Part shown: positions 1 to 14,100 of the stretch, one piece after another | How positions within the stretch are numbered: the stretch's first letter is position 1 | How the letters are laid out: each line of letters opens with the position of its first letter | NCBI GenBank assembly: GCA_964016885.1 | Contig: OZ024740.1 | Location: 8,432,001-8,496,000, forward strand | Direction: 5' to 3' | Source of the DNA: Eledone cirrhosa | Taxonomy: Eukaryota | DNA: 64,000 bases | Translations under genes and position numbers: made by a program | The notes under the pieces: model-generated | The model's database searches: none | Told to the model about the DNA's origin: nothing | The model's input: only the letters and a program-made list of their open reading frames with translations

Positions 1-3000
1 TATATCAGTTTCTATTGGTATATCAGTTTCGATTGATATATCAGTTTCGATTAGTATGTCAGTTTCTACTGGTATGTCAGTTTCGATTAGTATATCAGTT
101 TCTATTGGTATGTCAGTTTCTATTGGTATATCAGTTTCGATTGGTATATCAGTTTCGATTAGTATGTCAGTTTCTATTAGTATGTTAGTCTCAATTAGTA
201 TATCAGTTTCTATTGGTATGTCAGTCTCGATCGGTATGTCAGTTCCCATTGATATATCAGTTTCGATTGGTATTTCAGTTTCGATTTGTATATCAGTTCC
301 TATTGCTATATCTGTTTCTATTGGTATGTCAGTTTCAATTGGTATGTCAGTTTCGATTGGTATGTCAGTTTCGATTGGTTTATCAGTTCCGATTGGTATG
401 TAAGTGTTGATTGGTATGTCAGTTTCGATTGGTATATCAGTTTCGATTAGTATATCAGTTTCTATTGGTATGTCAGTTTCGATCGGTATGTCAGTTTCTA
501 TTGATATATCAGTTTCGATTGGTATATCAGTTTCGATTGGTATATCAGTTTCTATTGGTATATCAGTTTCTGTTGGTATATCAGTTTCTATTGGTATGTC
601 AGTTTTGATTGGTATATCAGTTTCGATTGGTATGTCAGTTTCGATTGGTATGTCAGTTTCGATTGGTATATCAGTATCGATTGGTATGTCAGTTTCGATC
701 GGTATGTCAATTTCAATTGGTATATCAGTTTCTACTAGTATGTCAGTTTCGATTAGTATATCAGTTTCTATTGGTATGTCAGTTTCGATTGGTATATCAG
801 TTCCGATTTGTATATCAGTTCCTATTGCTATATCTATTTCTATTGGTATGTCAGTATCAATTGGTATGTCAGTTTCGATTGGTATGTCAGTTTCGATTGG
901 TTTATCAGTTCCGATTGGTATGTAAGTTTTGATTGGTATGTCAGTTTCGATTGGTATGTCAATTTCGATGTGTATATCAGTTTCTATTAGTATGTTAGTT
1001 TTTATTGAAATATCAGTTTCGATTGGTATATCTGTTTCGATTAGTATGTCAGTTTCTATTTGTATGTTAGTTTTGATTAGTATATCATTTTCTATTGGTA
1101 TGTCAGTTTTGATTGGTATATCAGTTTCTATTGGTATGTCAGTTTTGATTGGTATATCAGTTTCGATTGGTATGTCAGTTTCGATTGGTATGTCAGTTTC
1201 GATTGGTATATCAGTATCGATTGGTATGTCAGTTTCGATCGGTATGTCAATTTCAATTGGTATATCAGTTTCTATTGGAATGTCAGTTTCGAGTGGTATG
1301 TCAGTTTCTATTGGTATATAAGTTTCGATTGATATATCAGTTTCGATTAGTATGTCAGTTTCTACTAGTATGTCAGTTTCGATGAGTATATCAGTTTCTA
1401 TTGGTATGTCAGTTTCGATTGGTATATCAGTTCCGATTTGTATATCAGTTCCTATTGCTATATCTATTTCTATTGGTATGTCAGTTTCAATTGGTATGTC
1501 AGTTTCGATTGGTATGTCAGTTTCGATTGGTTTATCAGTTCCGATTGGTATGTAAGTTTTGATTGGTATGTCAGTTTCGATTGGTATATCAGTTTTGATT
1601 GGTATATCAGTTTCTATTGGTATGTCAGTTTTGATTGGTATGTCAGTTTCTATTGGTATATCAGTTTCGATTGGTATATCAGTTTCGAATAGTATGTCAG
1701 TTTCTAATGGTATGTCAGTTTCGATTAGTATATCAGTTTCTATTGGTATGTCAGTTTCGATTGGTATATCAGTTTCGATTTGTATATCAGTTCCTATTGC
1801 TATATCAGTTTCTATTGGTATGTCAGTTTCAATTGGTATGTAAGTTTCGATTGATGTATCAGTTTTGATTGGTATGTCAGTTTCGATTGGTATCTCAGTT
1901 TCGATTGGTATGTCAATATCAATTAGTATATCAGTTTCTATGGTATATCAGTTTCGATTTGTATGTCAGTTTCTATTAGTATATCAGTTTCTATAGGTAT
2001 GTCAATTTCTATTGGTATATCTGTTTCAATTGGTATATCAGTTTCTATTGGTATATCAGTTTCGATTGATATATCAGTTTCGATTAGTATGTCAGTTTCT
2101 ACTGGTATGTCAGTTTCGATTAGTATATCAGTTTCTATTGGTATGTCAGTTTCTATTGGTATATCAGTTTCGATTGGTATATCAGTTTCGATTAGTATGT
2201 CAGTTTCTATTAGTATGTTAGTTTCGATTAGTATATCAGTTTCTATTGGTATGTCAGTCTCGATCGGTATGTCAGTTCCCATTGATATATCAGTTTCGAT
2301 TGGTATATCAGTTTCGATTGGTATATCAGTATCGATTGGTATGTGAGTTTCTATTGGTATATCAGTTTCGATTGGTATATCAGTTTCGATTGGTATATCA
2401 GTTTCTATTGGTATGTCAGTTTCTATTGGTACATCAGTTTCGATTGGTATATCAGTTTCGATTAGTATGTCAGTTTCGATTGTTATGTCAGTTTCGATTT
2501 GTATATCAGTTCCGATTGGTATGTCAGTCTCGATTGGTATGTCAGTTTCGATTGGAATATCAGTTTCGATTGGTATGTCGGTTTCGATTGGTATGTCAGT
2601 TTCGATTAGTATATCAGTTTATATTGGTATATCAGTTTCGATTGGTATCTCAGTTTCTATTGTTATATCACTTTCTATTGGTATGTCAGTTTCGATAGGT
2701 ATGTCAGTTTCTATTGGTATATCAGTTTCGATTGGTATATAAGTATCTATTGGTATGTCAGTTTCGATTGGTATATCAGTTTCGATTGGTATGTCAGTTT
2801 CAATTGTTATATCAGTTTCTATTTGTATGTCAATTAGGATAGGTATGTCAGTTTCTATTGGTATATCAGTTTCGATTGGTATATCAGTTTCGATTGGTAT
2901 ATCAGTTTCTATTGGTATGTCAGTTTCTATTGGTATATCAGTTTCTATTGGTATGTCAGTTTTGATTGGTATATCAGTTTCGATTGGTATATCAGTTTCG

Positions 3001-6000
3001 ATTGGTATGTCAGTTTCGATTGGTATATCAGTTCCGATTGGTATGTCAGTTTCGATTGGTATGTCAGTTTCGATTGGTATATCAGTTTCGATTGGTATGT
3101 AAGTTTCGATTGGTATGTCAATTTCAATTGGTATATCAGTTTCTATTGGTATGTCAGTTTCGAGTGGTATGTCAGTTTCTATTGGTATATAAGTTTCAAT
3201 TGATATATCAGTTTCGATTAGTATGTCAGTTTCGATTGGTATATCAGTTTCGAGTTGTATATCAGTTCCTATTACTATATCTGTTTCTATTGGTATGTCA
3301 GTTTCGATTGGTATGTCAGTTTCGATTGGTTTATCAGTTCCGATTGTTATGTAAGTTTTGATTGGTATGTCAGTTTCGATTGGTATATCAGTTTCGATTG
3401 GTATATCAGTTTCTATTGGTATGTCAGTTTCGATTGGTATATCTGTTTCGATTTGTATATCAGTTCCTATTGCTATATCAGTTTCTATTGGTATGTCAGT
3501 TTCAATTGGTATGTAAGTTTCGATTGATGTATCAGTTTTGATTGGTATGTCAGTTTGGATTGGTATCTCAGTTTCGATTGGTATGTCAATTTCAATTAGT
3601 ATATCAGTTTCTATTGGTATATCAGTTTCGATTTGTATGTCAGTTTCGATTAGTATATCAGTTTCTATAGGTATGTCAATTTCTATTGGTATATCTGTTT
3701 CAATTGGTATATCAGTTTCTATTGGTATATCAGTTTCGATTGATATATCAGTTTCGATTAGTATGTCAGTTTCTACTGGTATGTCAGTTTCGATTAGTAT
3801 ATCAGTTTCTATTGGTATGTCAGTTTCTATTGGTATATCAGTTTCGATTGGTATATCAGTTTCGATTAGTATGTCAGTTTCTATTAGTATGTTAGTCTCA
3901 ATTAGTATATCAGTTTCTATTGGTATGTCAGTCTCGATCGGTATGTCAGTTCCCATTGATATATCAGTTTCGATTGGTATTTCAGTTTCGATTTGTATAT
4001 CAGTTCCTATTGCTATATCTGTTTCTATTGGTATGTCAGTTTCAATTGGTATGTCAGTTTCGATTGGTATGTCAGTTTCGATTGGTTTATCAGTTCCGAT
4101 TGGTATGTAAGTGTTGATTGGTATGTCAGTTTCGATTGGTATATCAGTTTCGATTAGTATATCAGTTTCTATTGGTATGTCAGTTTCGATCGGTATGTCA
4201 GTTTCTATTGATATATCAGTTTCGATTGGTATATCAGTTTCGATTGGTATATCAGTTTCTATTGGTATATCAGTTTCTGTTGGTATATCAGTTTCTATTG
4301 GTATGTCAGTTTTGATTGGTATATCAGTTTCGATTGGTATGTCAGTTTCGATTGGTATGTCAGTTTCGATTGGTATATCAGTATCGATTGGTATGTCAGT
4401 TTCGATCGGTATGTCAATTTCAATTGGTATATCAGTTACTACTAGTATGTCAGTTTCGATTAGTATATCAGTTTCTATTGGTATGTCAGTTTCGATTGGT
4501 ATATCAGTTCCGATTTGTATATCAGTTCCTATTGCTATATCTATTTCTATTGGTATGTCAGTATCAATTGGTATGTCAGTTTCGATTGGTATGTCAGTTT
4601 CGATTGGTTTATCAGTTCCGATTGGTATGTAAGTTTTGATTGGTATGTCAGTTTCGATTGGTATGTCAATTTCGATGTGTATATCAGTTTCTATTAGTAT
4701 GTTAGTTTTTATTGAAATATCAGTTTCGATTGGTATATCTGTTTCGATTAGTATGTCAGTTTCTATTTGTATGTTAGTTTTGATTAGTATATCATTTTCT
4801 ATTGGTATGTCAGTTTTGATTGGTATATCAGTTTCTATTGGTATGTCAGTTTTGATTGGTATATCAGTTTCGATTGGTATGTCAGTTTCGATTGGTATGT
4901 CAGTTTCGATTGGTATATCAGTATCGATTGGTATGTCAGTTTCGATCGGTATGTCAATTTCAATTGGTATATCAGTTTCTATTGGAATGTCAGTTTCGAG
5001 TGGTATGTCAGTTTCTATTGGTATATAAGTTTCGATTGATATATCAGTTTCGATTAGTATGTCAGTTTCTACTAGTATGTCAGTTTCGATGAGTATATCA
5101 GTTTCTATTGGTATGTCAGTTTCGATTGGTATATCAGTTCCGATTTGTATATCAGTTCCTATTGCTATATCTATTTCTATTGGTATGTCAGTTTCAATTG
5201 GTATGTCAGTTTCGATTGGTATGTCAGTTTCGATTGGTTTATCAGTTCCGATTGGTATGTAAGTTTTGATTGGTATGTCAGTTTCGATTGGTATATCAGT
5301 TTTGATTGGTATATCAGTTTCTATTGGTATGTCAGTTTTGATTGGTATGTCAGTTTCTATTGGTATATCAGTTTCGATTGGTATATCAGTTTCGAATAGT
5401 ATGTCAGTTTCTAATGGTATGTCAGTTTCGATTAGTATATCAGTTTCTATTGGTATGTCAGTTTCGATTGGTATATCAGTTTCGATTTGTATATCAGTTC
5501 CTATTGCTATATCAGTTTCTATTGGTATGTCAGTTTCAATTGGTATGTAAGTTTCGATTGATGTATCAGTTTTGATTGGTATGTCAGTTTCGATTGGTAT
5601 CTCAGTTTCGATTGGTATGTCAATATCAATTAGTATATCAGTTTCTATGGTATATCAGTTTCGATTTGTATGTCAGTTTCTATTAGTATATCAGTTTCTA
5701 TAGGTATGTCAATTTCTATTGGTATATCTGTTTCAATTGGTATATCAGTTTCTATTGGTATATCAGTTTCGATTGATATATCAGTTTCGATTAGTATGTC
5801 AGTTTCTACTGGTATGTCAGTTTCGATTAGTATATCAGTTTCTATTGGTATGTCAGTTTCTATTGGTATATCAGTTTCGATTGGTATATCAGTTTCGATT
5901 AGTATGTCAGTTTCTATTAGTATGTTAGTTTCGATTAGTATATCAGTTTCTATTGGTATGTCAGTCTCGATCGGTATGTCAGTTCCCATTGATATATCAG

Positions 6001-7060
6001 TTTCGATTGGTATATCAGTTTCGATTGGTATATCAGTATCGATTGGTATGTGAGTTTCTATTGGTATATCAGTTTCGATTGGTATATCAGTTTCGATTGG
6101 TATATCAGTTTCTATTGGTATGTCAGTTTCTATTGGTACATCAGTTTCGATTGGTATATCAGTTTCGATTAGTATGTCAGTTTCGATTGTTATGTCAGTT
6201 TCGATTTGTATATCAGTTCCGATTGGTATGTCAGTCTCGATTGGTATGTCAGTTTCGATTGGAATATCAGTTTCGATTGGTATGTCGGTTTCGATTGGTA
6301 TGTCAGTTTCGATTAGTATATCAGTTTATATTGGTATATCAGTTTCGATTGGTATCTCAGTTTCTATTGTTATATCACTTTCTATTGGTATATCAGTTTC
6401 GATTGGTATATAAGTATCTATTGGTATGTCAGTTTCGATTGGTATATCAGTTTCTATTTGTATGTCAATTAGGATAGGTATGTCAGTTTCTATTGGTATA
6501 TCAGTTTCGATTGGTATATCAGTTTCGATTGGTATATCAGTTTCTATTGGTATGTCAGTTTCTATTGGTATATCAGTTTCTATTGGTATGTCAGTTTTGA
6601 TTGGTATATCAGTTTCGATTGGTATATCAGTTTCGATTGGTATGTCAGTTTCGATTGGTATATCAGTTCCGATTGGTATGTCAGTTTCGATTGGTATGTC
6701 AGTTTCGATTGGTATATCAGTTTCGATTGGTATGTAAGTTTCGATTGGTATGTCAATTTCAATTGGTATATCAGTTTCTATTGGTATGTCAGTTTCGAGT
6801 GGTATGTCAGTTTCTATTGGTATATAAGTTTCAATTGATATATCAGTTTCGATTAGTATGTCAGTTTCGATTGGTATATCAGTTTCGAGTTGTATATCAG
6901 TTCCTATTACTATATCTGTTTCTATTGGTATGTCAGTTTCGATTGGTATGTCAGTTTCGATTGGTTTATCAGTTCCGATTGTTATGTAAGTTTTGATTGG
7001 TATGTCAGTTTCGATTGGTATATCAGTTTCGATTGGTATATCAGTTTCTATTGGTATGTC
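1..7060. repeat. Higher-order tandem duplication, period 3707 bp (206 monomers minus 1 bp), followed by a further partial copy to about 10.2 kb
   Basis: Matching ORFs recur at a fixed offset of 3707 (213/3920, 404/4111, 929/4636, 1559/5266, 1963/5670, 2413/6120). Private variants (cccattga, gaaatatc, gatgagta, atgtgag) and a 1-bp deletion (about 1940 and 5647) recur. The offset falls to 3635 distally. Boundaries are approximate. Confidence 0.9.
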
Positions 7061-10000
7061 AGTTTCTATTGGTATGTCAGTTTCTATTGGTATATCAGTT
7101 TCGATTGGTATATCAGTTTCGATTGATATATCAGTTTCGAATATTATGTCAGTTTCTACTGGTATGTCAGTTTCGATTGGTATATCAGTTCCGATTGGTA
7201 TGTCAGTTTCGATTGGTATGTCAGTTTCGATTGGTATATCAGTATCGATTGGTATGTCAGTTTCGATCGGTATGTCAATTTCAATTGGTATATCAGTTTC
7301 TATTGGTATGTCAGTTTCGAGTGGTATGTCAGTTTCTATTGGTATATAAGTTTTGATTGATATATCAGTTTCGATTAGTATGTCAGTTTCTACTAGTATG
7401 TCAGTTTCGATTAGTATTTTAGTTTCTATTGGTATGTCAGTTTCGATTGGTATATCAGTTCCGATTTGTATATCAGTTCCTATTGCTATATCTATTTCTA
7501 TTGGTATGTCAGTTTCAATTGGTATGTCAGTTTCGATTGGTATGTCAGTTTCGATTGGTTTATCAGTTACGATTGGTATGTAAGTTTTGATTGGTATGTC
7601 AGTTTCGATTGGTATGTCAATTTCGATGTGTATATCAGTTTCTATTAGTATGTTAGTTTTTATTGGAATATCAGTTTCGATTGGTATATCTGTTTCGATT
7701 AGTATGTCAGTTTCTATTTGTATGTTAGTTTTGATTAGTATATCAGTTTCTATTGGTATGTCAGTTTCGATCAGTATGTCAGTTTCTATTGATATATCAG
7801 TTTCGATTGGTATATCAGTTTCGATTGGTATATCAGTTTCTATTGGTATGTCAATTTCTATTGGTATATCATTTTCTATTGGTATGTCAGTTTTGATTGG
7901 TATATCAGTTTCTATTGGTATGTCAGTTTTGATTGGTATATCAGTTTCTATTGGTATGTCAGTTTCGATTGGTATGTCAGTTTCGATTGGTATATCAGTA
8001 TCGAGTGGTATGTCAGTTTCGATCGGTATGTCAATTTCAATTGGTATATCAGTTTCTATTGGAATGTCAGTTTCGAGTGGTATGTCAGTTTCTATTGGTA
8101 TATAAGTTTCGATTGATATATCAGTTTCGATTAGTATGTCAGTTTCTACTAGTATGTCAGTTTCGATGAGTATATCAGTTTCTATTGGTATGTCAGTTTC
8201 GATTGGTATATCAGTTCCGATTTGTATATCAGTTCCTATTGCTATATCTATTTCTATTGGTATGTCAGTTTCAATTGGTATGTCAGTTTCGATTGGTATG
8301 TCAGTTTCGATTGGTTTATCAGTTCCGATTGGTATGTAAGTTTTGATTGGTATGTCAGTTTCGATTGGTATATCAGTTTTGATTGGTATATCAGTTTCTA
8401 TTGGTATGTCAGTTTTGATTGGTATGTCAGTTTCTATTGGTATATCAGTTTCGATTGGTATATCAGTTTCGAATAGTATGTCAGTTTCTAATGGTATGTC
8501 AGTTTCGATTAGTATATCAGTTTCTATTGGTATGTCAGTTTCGATTGGTATATCAGTTTCGATTTGTATATCAGTTCCTATTGCTATATCAGTTTCTATT
8601 GGTATGTCAGTTTCAATTGGTATGTAAGTTTCGATTGATGTATCAGTTTTGATTGGTATGTCAGTTTCGATTGGTATCTCAGTTTCGATTGGTATGTCAA
8701 TATCAATTAGTATATCAGTTTCTATTGGTATATCAGTTTCGATTTGTATGTCAGTTTCGATTAGTATATCAGTTTCTATAGGTATGTCAATTTCTATTGG
8801 TATATCTGTTTCAATTGGTATATCAGTTTCTATTGGTATATCAGTTTCGATTGATATATCAGTTTCGATTAGTATGTCAGTTTCTACTGGTATGTCAGTT
8901 TCGATTAGTATATCAGTTTCTATTGGTATGTCAGTTTCTATTGGTATATCAGTTTCGATTGGTATATCAGTTTCGATTAGTATGTCAGTTTCTATTAGTA
9001 TGTTAGTTTCGATTAGTATATCAGTTTCTATTGGTATGTCAGTCTCGATCGGTATGTCAATTCCCATTGATATATCAGTTTCGATTGGTATATCAGTTTC
9101 GATTGGTATATCAGTATCGATTGGTATGTGAGTTTCTATTGGTATATCAGTTTCGATTGGTATATCAGTTTCGATTGGTATATCAGTTTCTATTGGTATG
9201 TCAGTTTCTATTGGTACATCAGTTTCGATTGGTATATCAGTTTCGATTAGTATGTCAGTTTCGATTGTTATGTCAGTTTCGATTTGTATATCAGTTCCGA
9301 TTGGTATGTCAGTCTCGATTGGTATGTCAGTTTCGATTGGAATATCAGTTTCGATTGGTATGTCGGTTTCGATTGGTATGTCAGTTTCGATTAGTATATC
9401 AGTTTATATTGGTATATCAGTTTCGATTGGTATCTCAGTTTCTATTGTTATATCACTTTCTATTGGTATGTCAGTTTCGATAGGTATGTCAGTTTCTATT
9501 GGTATATTAGTTTCGATTGGTATATAAGTATCTATTGGTATGTCAGTTTCGATTGGTATATCAGTTTCGATTGGTATGTCAGTTTCAATTGTTATATCAG
9601 TTTCTATTTGTATGTCAATTAGGATAGGTATGTCAGTTTCTATTGGTATATCAGTTTCGATTGGTATATCAGTTTCGATTGGTATATCAGTTTCTATTGG
9701 TATGTCAGTTTCTATTGGTATATCAGTTTCTATTGGTATGTCAGTTTTGATTGGTATATCAGTTTCGATTGGTATGTCAGTTTCGATTGGTATGTCAGTT
9801 TCGATTGGTATATCAGTTCCGATTGGTATGTCAGTTTCGATTGGTATGTCAGTTTCGATTGGTATATCAGTTTCGATTGGTATGTAAGTTTCGATTGGTA
9901 TGTCAATTTCAATTGGTATATCAGTTTCTATTGGTATGTCAGTTTCGAGTGGTATGTCAGTTTCTATTGGTATATAAGTTTCAATTGATATATCAGTTTC

Positions 10001-11199
10001 GATTAGTATGTCAGTTTCTACTGGTATGTCAGTTTCGATATTAGTATATCAGTTTCTATTAGTATGTCAGTTTCGATTGGTATATCAGTTACGAGTTGTA
10101 TATCAGTTCCTATTACTATATCTGTTTCTATTGGTATGTCAGTTTCGATTGGTATGTCAGTTTCGATTGGTTTATCAGTTCCGATTGTTATGTAAGTTTT
10201 GATTGGTATGTCAGTTTCGATTGGTATATCAGTTTCGATTGGTATATCAGTTTCTATTGGTATGTCAGTTTCTATTGGTATGTCAGTTTCTATTGGTATA
10301 TCAGTTTCGATTGGTATATCAGTTTCGATTGATATATCAGTTTCGAATATTATGTCAGTTTCTACTGGTATGTCAGTTTCGATTGGTATATCAGTTCCGA
10401 TTGGTATGTCAGTTTCGATTGGTATGTCAGTTTCGATTGGTATATCAGTTTCGATTGGTATGTAAGTTTCGATTGGTATGTCAATTTCAATTGGTATATC
10501 AGTTTCTATTGGTATGTCAGTTTCGAGTGGTATGTCAGTTTCTATTGGTATATAAGTTTCGATTGATATATCAGTTTCGATTAGTATATCAGTTTCTATT
10601 GGTATGTCAGTTTTGATTGGTATATCAGTTTCGATTGGTATGTCAGTTTCGATTGGTATGTCAGTTTCGATTGGTATGTCAGTTTCGATTGGTATGTCAA
10701 TTTCGATGTATATATCAGTTTCTATTAGTATGTTAGTTTCTATTGGAATATCAGTTTCGATTGGTATATCTGTTTCGATTAGTATGTCAGTTTCTATTTG
10801 TATGTTAGTTTCGATTGGTATATCAGTTTCTATTGGTATGTCAGTTTCGATCGGTATGTCAGTTTCTATTGATATATCAGTTTCAATTGGCATATCACTT
10901 TCGATTGGTATATCAGTTTCTATTGGTATGTCAGTTTCTATTGGTATATCAGTTTCTATTGGTATGTCAGTTTTGATTGGTATATCAGTTTCGATTGGTA
11001 TGTCAGTTTCGATTGGTATGTCAGTTTCGATCGGTATGTCAATTTCGATTGGTATATCAGTTTCGATTTGTATATCAGTTCCTATTGCTATATCTGTTTC
11101 TATTGGTATGTCAGTTTCAATTGGTATGTCAGTTTCGATTGGTATGTCAGTTTCGATTGGTTTATCAGTTCCGATTGGTATGTAAGTTTTGATTGGTAT

Positions 11200-14100
11200 G
11201 TCAGTTTCGATTGATATATCAGTTTCGATTGGTATATCAGTTTCGATTGATATATCAGTTTCGAATAGTATGACAGTTTCTACTGGTATGTCAGTTTCGA
11301 TTAGCATATCAGTTTCGATTGGTATATCAGTTTCGATTAGTATGTCAGTTTCTATTAGTATGTTAGTTTCGATTAGTATATCAGTTTCTATTGGTATGTC
11401 AGTCTCGATCGGTATGTCAGTTTCGATTGGTATGTCAATTTCGATTTGTATATCAGTTCCGATTGGTATATCAGTTTCGATTGGTATGTCAGTTTCGATT
11501 GGTATGTCAATTTCGATTGGTATATCAGTTTCTATTGGTATATCAGTTTCTAATGGTATGTCAATTTCTATTGGTATATCAGATTCGATTGGTATATCAC
11601 TTTCGATTAGTATGTCAGTTTCTATTGGTATGTCAGTTTTGATTGGTATATCAGTTTCAATTGGTATGTCAGTTTCGATTGGTATGTCAGTTTTGATTGG
11701 TTTATCAGTTTCAATTGGTATGTAAGTTTTGATTGGTATGTCAGTTTCGATCGGGATGTCAGTTTCGATTGGTATATCAGTTGCTATTGGTATGTCAGTT
11801 TCGATTGGTATATTAATTTCGATTTGTATATCAGTTCCTATTGCTATATCAGTTTCTATTGGTATGTCAGTTTCAATTGGTATGTAAGTTTCGATTGGTA
11901 TATCAGTTTCGATTGGTATGTCAGTTTCGATTGGTATATCAGTTTCGATTGGTATGTCAATTTCAATTAGTATGTCAGTTTCTATTGCTATATCAGTTTC
12001 GATTGGTATGTCAGTTTCGATTAGTATATCAGTTTCTATAGGTATGTCAGTTTCTATTGTTATATCAGTTTCGATTGGTATATCTGTTTCGATGGCATGT
12101 CAGTTTCGATTGGTATATCAGTTTCTATTGGTATATCAGTTTCGTTTGGTATGTCAGTTTCTATTGGTATGTCAATTTCGATTGGTATATAAGTTTAGAT
12201 TACTATGTCAGTTTCTATTGGTATATCAGTTTCGATTGGTATATTAGTTTCGATTAGTATATCAGTTTCTATAGGTATGTTAGTTTCTATTGGTATATCA
12301 GTTTTGACTGGTATATCAGTTTCGATTAGTATGTCAGTTTCGATTGTTATGTCAGTTTCGATTTGTATATCAGTTCCAATTGGTAAGTCAGTCTCGATTG
12401 GTATGTCGGTTTCGATTGGTATGTCAGTTTCGATTAGTATATCAGTTTATATTGGTATCTCAGTTTCTATTGTTATATCACTTTCTATTGGTATGTCAGT
12501 TTCGATAGGTATGTCAGTTTCTATTGGTATATCAATTTCGATTGGTATGTAAGTTTCTATTGGTATGTCAGTTTCGATTGGTATATCAGTTTCGATTGGT
12601 ATGTCAGTTTCAATTGTTATATCAGTTTCTATTTGTATGTCAATTAGGATAGGTATGTCAGTTTCTATTGGTATATCAGTTTCGATTAGTATGTCAGTTT
12701 CTATTGGTATATCAGTTTCTATTGGTATGTCAGTTTTGAGTGGTATATCAGTTTCGATTGGTATGTTAGTTTCAATTGGTATGTCAGTTTCGATTGTTAT
12801 GTCAGTTTCTATTGGTATATCAGTTTCGATTGGTATATCAGTTTCGATTAGTATGTCAGTTTCGATTATTATGTCAGTTTCGATTTGTATATCAGTTCCG
12901 ATTGGTATGTCAGTCTCGATTGGTATGTCAGTTTCGATTGGTATATCAGTTTCGATTGGTATGTCGGTTTCGATTGGTATGTCAGTTTCGATTAGTATAT
13001 CAGTTTATATTGGTATATCAGTTTCGATTGGTATGTAAGTTTCTATTGGTATGTCAGTTTCGATTGGTATATCAGTTTCGATTGGTATGTCAGTTTCAAT
13101 TGTTATATCAGTTTCTATTTGTATGTCAATTAGGATAGGTATGTCAGTTTCTATTGGTATATCAGTTTCGATTGGTATATCAGTTTCGATTGGTATATCA
13201 GTTTCTATTGGTATGTCAGTTTCTATTGGTATATCAGTTTCGATTGGTATATCAGTTTCGATTGATATATCAGTTTTGAATATTATGTCAGTTTCTACTG
13301 GTATGTCAGTTTCGATTGGTATATCAGTTCCGATTGGTATGTCAGTTTCGATTGGTATGTCAGTTTCGATTGGTATATCAGTTTCGATTGGTATGTAAGT
13401 TTCGATTGGTATGTCAATTTCAATTGGTATATCAGTTTCTATTGGTATGTCAGTTTCGAGTGGTATGTCAGTTTCTATTGGTATATAAGTTTCGATTGAT
13501 ATATCAGTTTCGATTAGTATATCAGTTTCTATTGGTATGTCAGTTTTGATTGGTATATCAGTTTCGATTGGTATGTCAGTTTCGATTGGTATGTCAGTTT
13601 CGATTGGTATGTCAGTTTCGATTGGTATGTCAATTTCGATGTGTATATCAATTTCTATTAGTATGTTAGTTTCTATTGGAATATCAGTTTCGATTGGTAT
13701 ATCTGTTTCGATTAGTATGTCAGTTTCTATTTGTATGTTAGTTTCGATTGGTATATCAGTTTCTATTGGTATGTCAGTTTCGATCGGTATGTCAGTTTCT
13801 ATTGATATATCAGTTTCGATTGGCATATCACTTTCGATTGGTATATCAGTTTCTATTGGTATGTCAGTTTCTATTGGTATATCAGTTTCTATTGGTATGT
13901 CAGTTTTGATTGGTATATCAGTTTCGATTGGTATGTCAGTTTCGATTGGTATGTCAGTTTCGATTGGTATATCAGTTTCGATTGGTATGTCAGTTTCGAT
14001 CGGTATGTCAATTTCGATTGGTATATCAGTTTCGATTTGTATATCAGTTCCTATTGCTATATCTCTTTCTATTGGTATGTCAGTTTCAATTGGTATGTCA

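Noticed and set aside
6326-9067. 913-aa minus-strand (IETDIP)n ORF and similar ORFs (2619-3956, 10018-11307, 43305-45008, 55777-57453) as genes
   Set aside because: They have no unique domain, and their starts and stops are sporadic monomer variants. The frame is intrinsically stop-poor and is broken by amplified stops and frameshifts.
11745-11760. CENP-B box in the tttcgatcggga variant monomer
   Set aside because: TTCG and CGGG are only 2 nt apart instead of the 7 nt required by TTCGNNNNANNCGGG.
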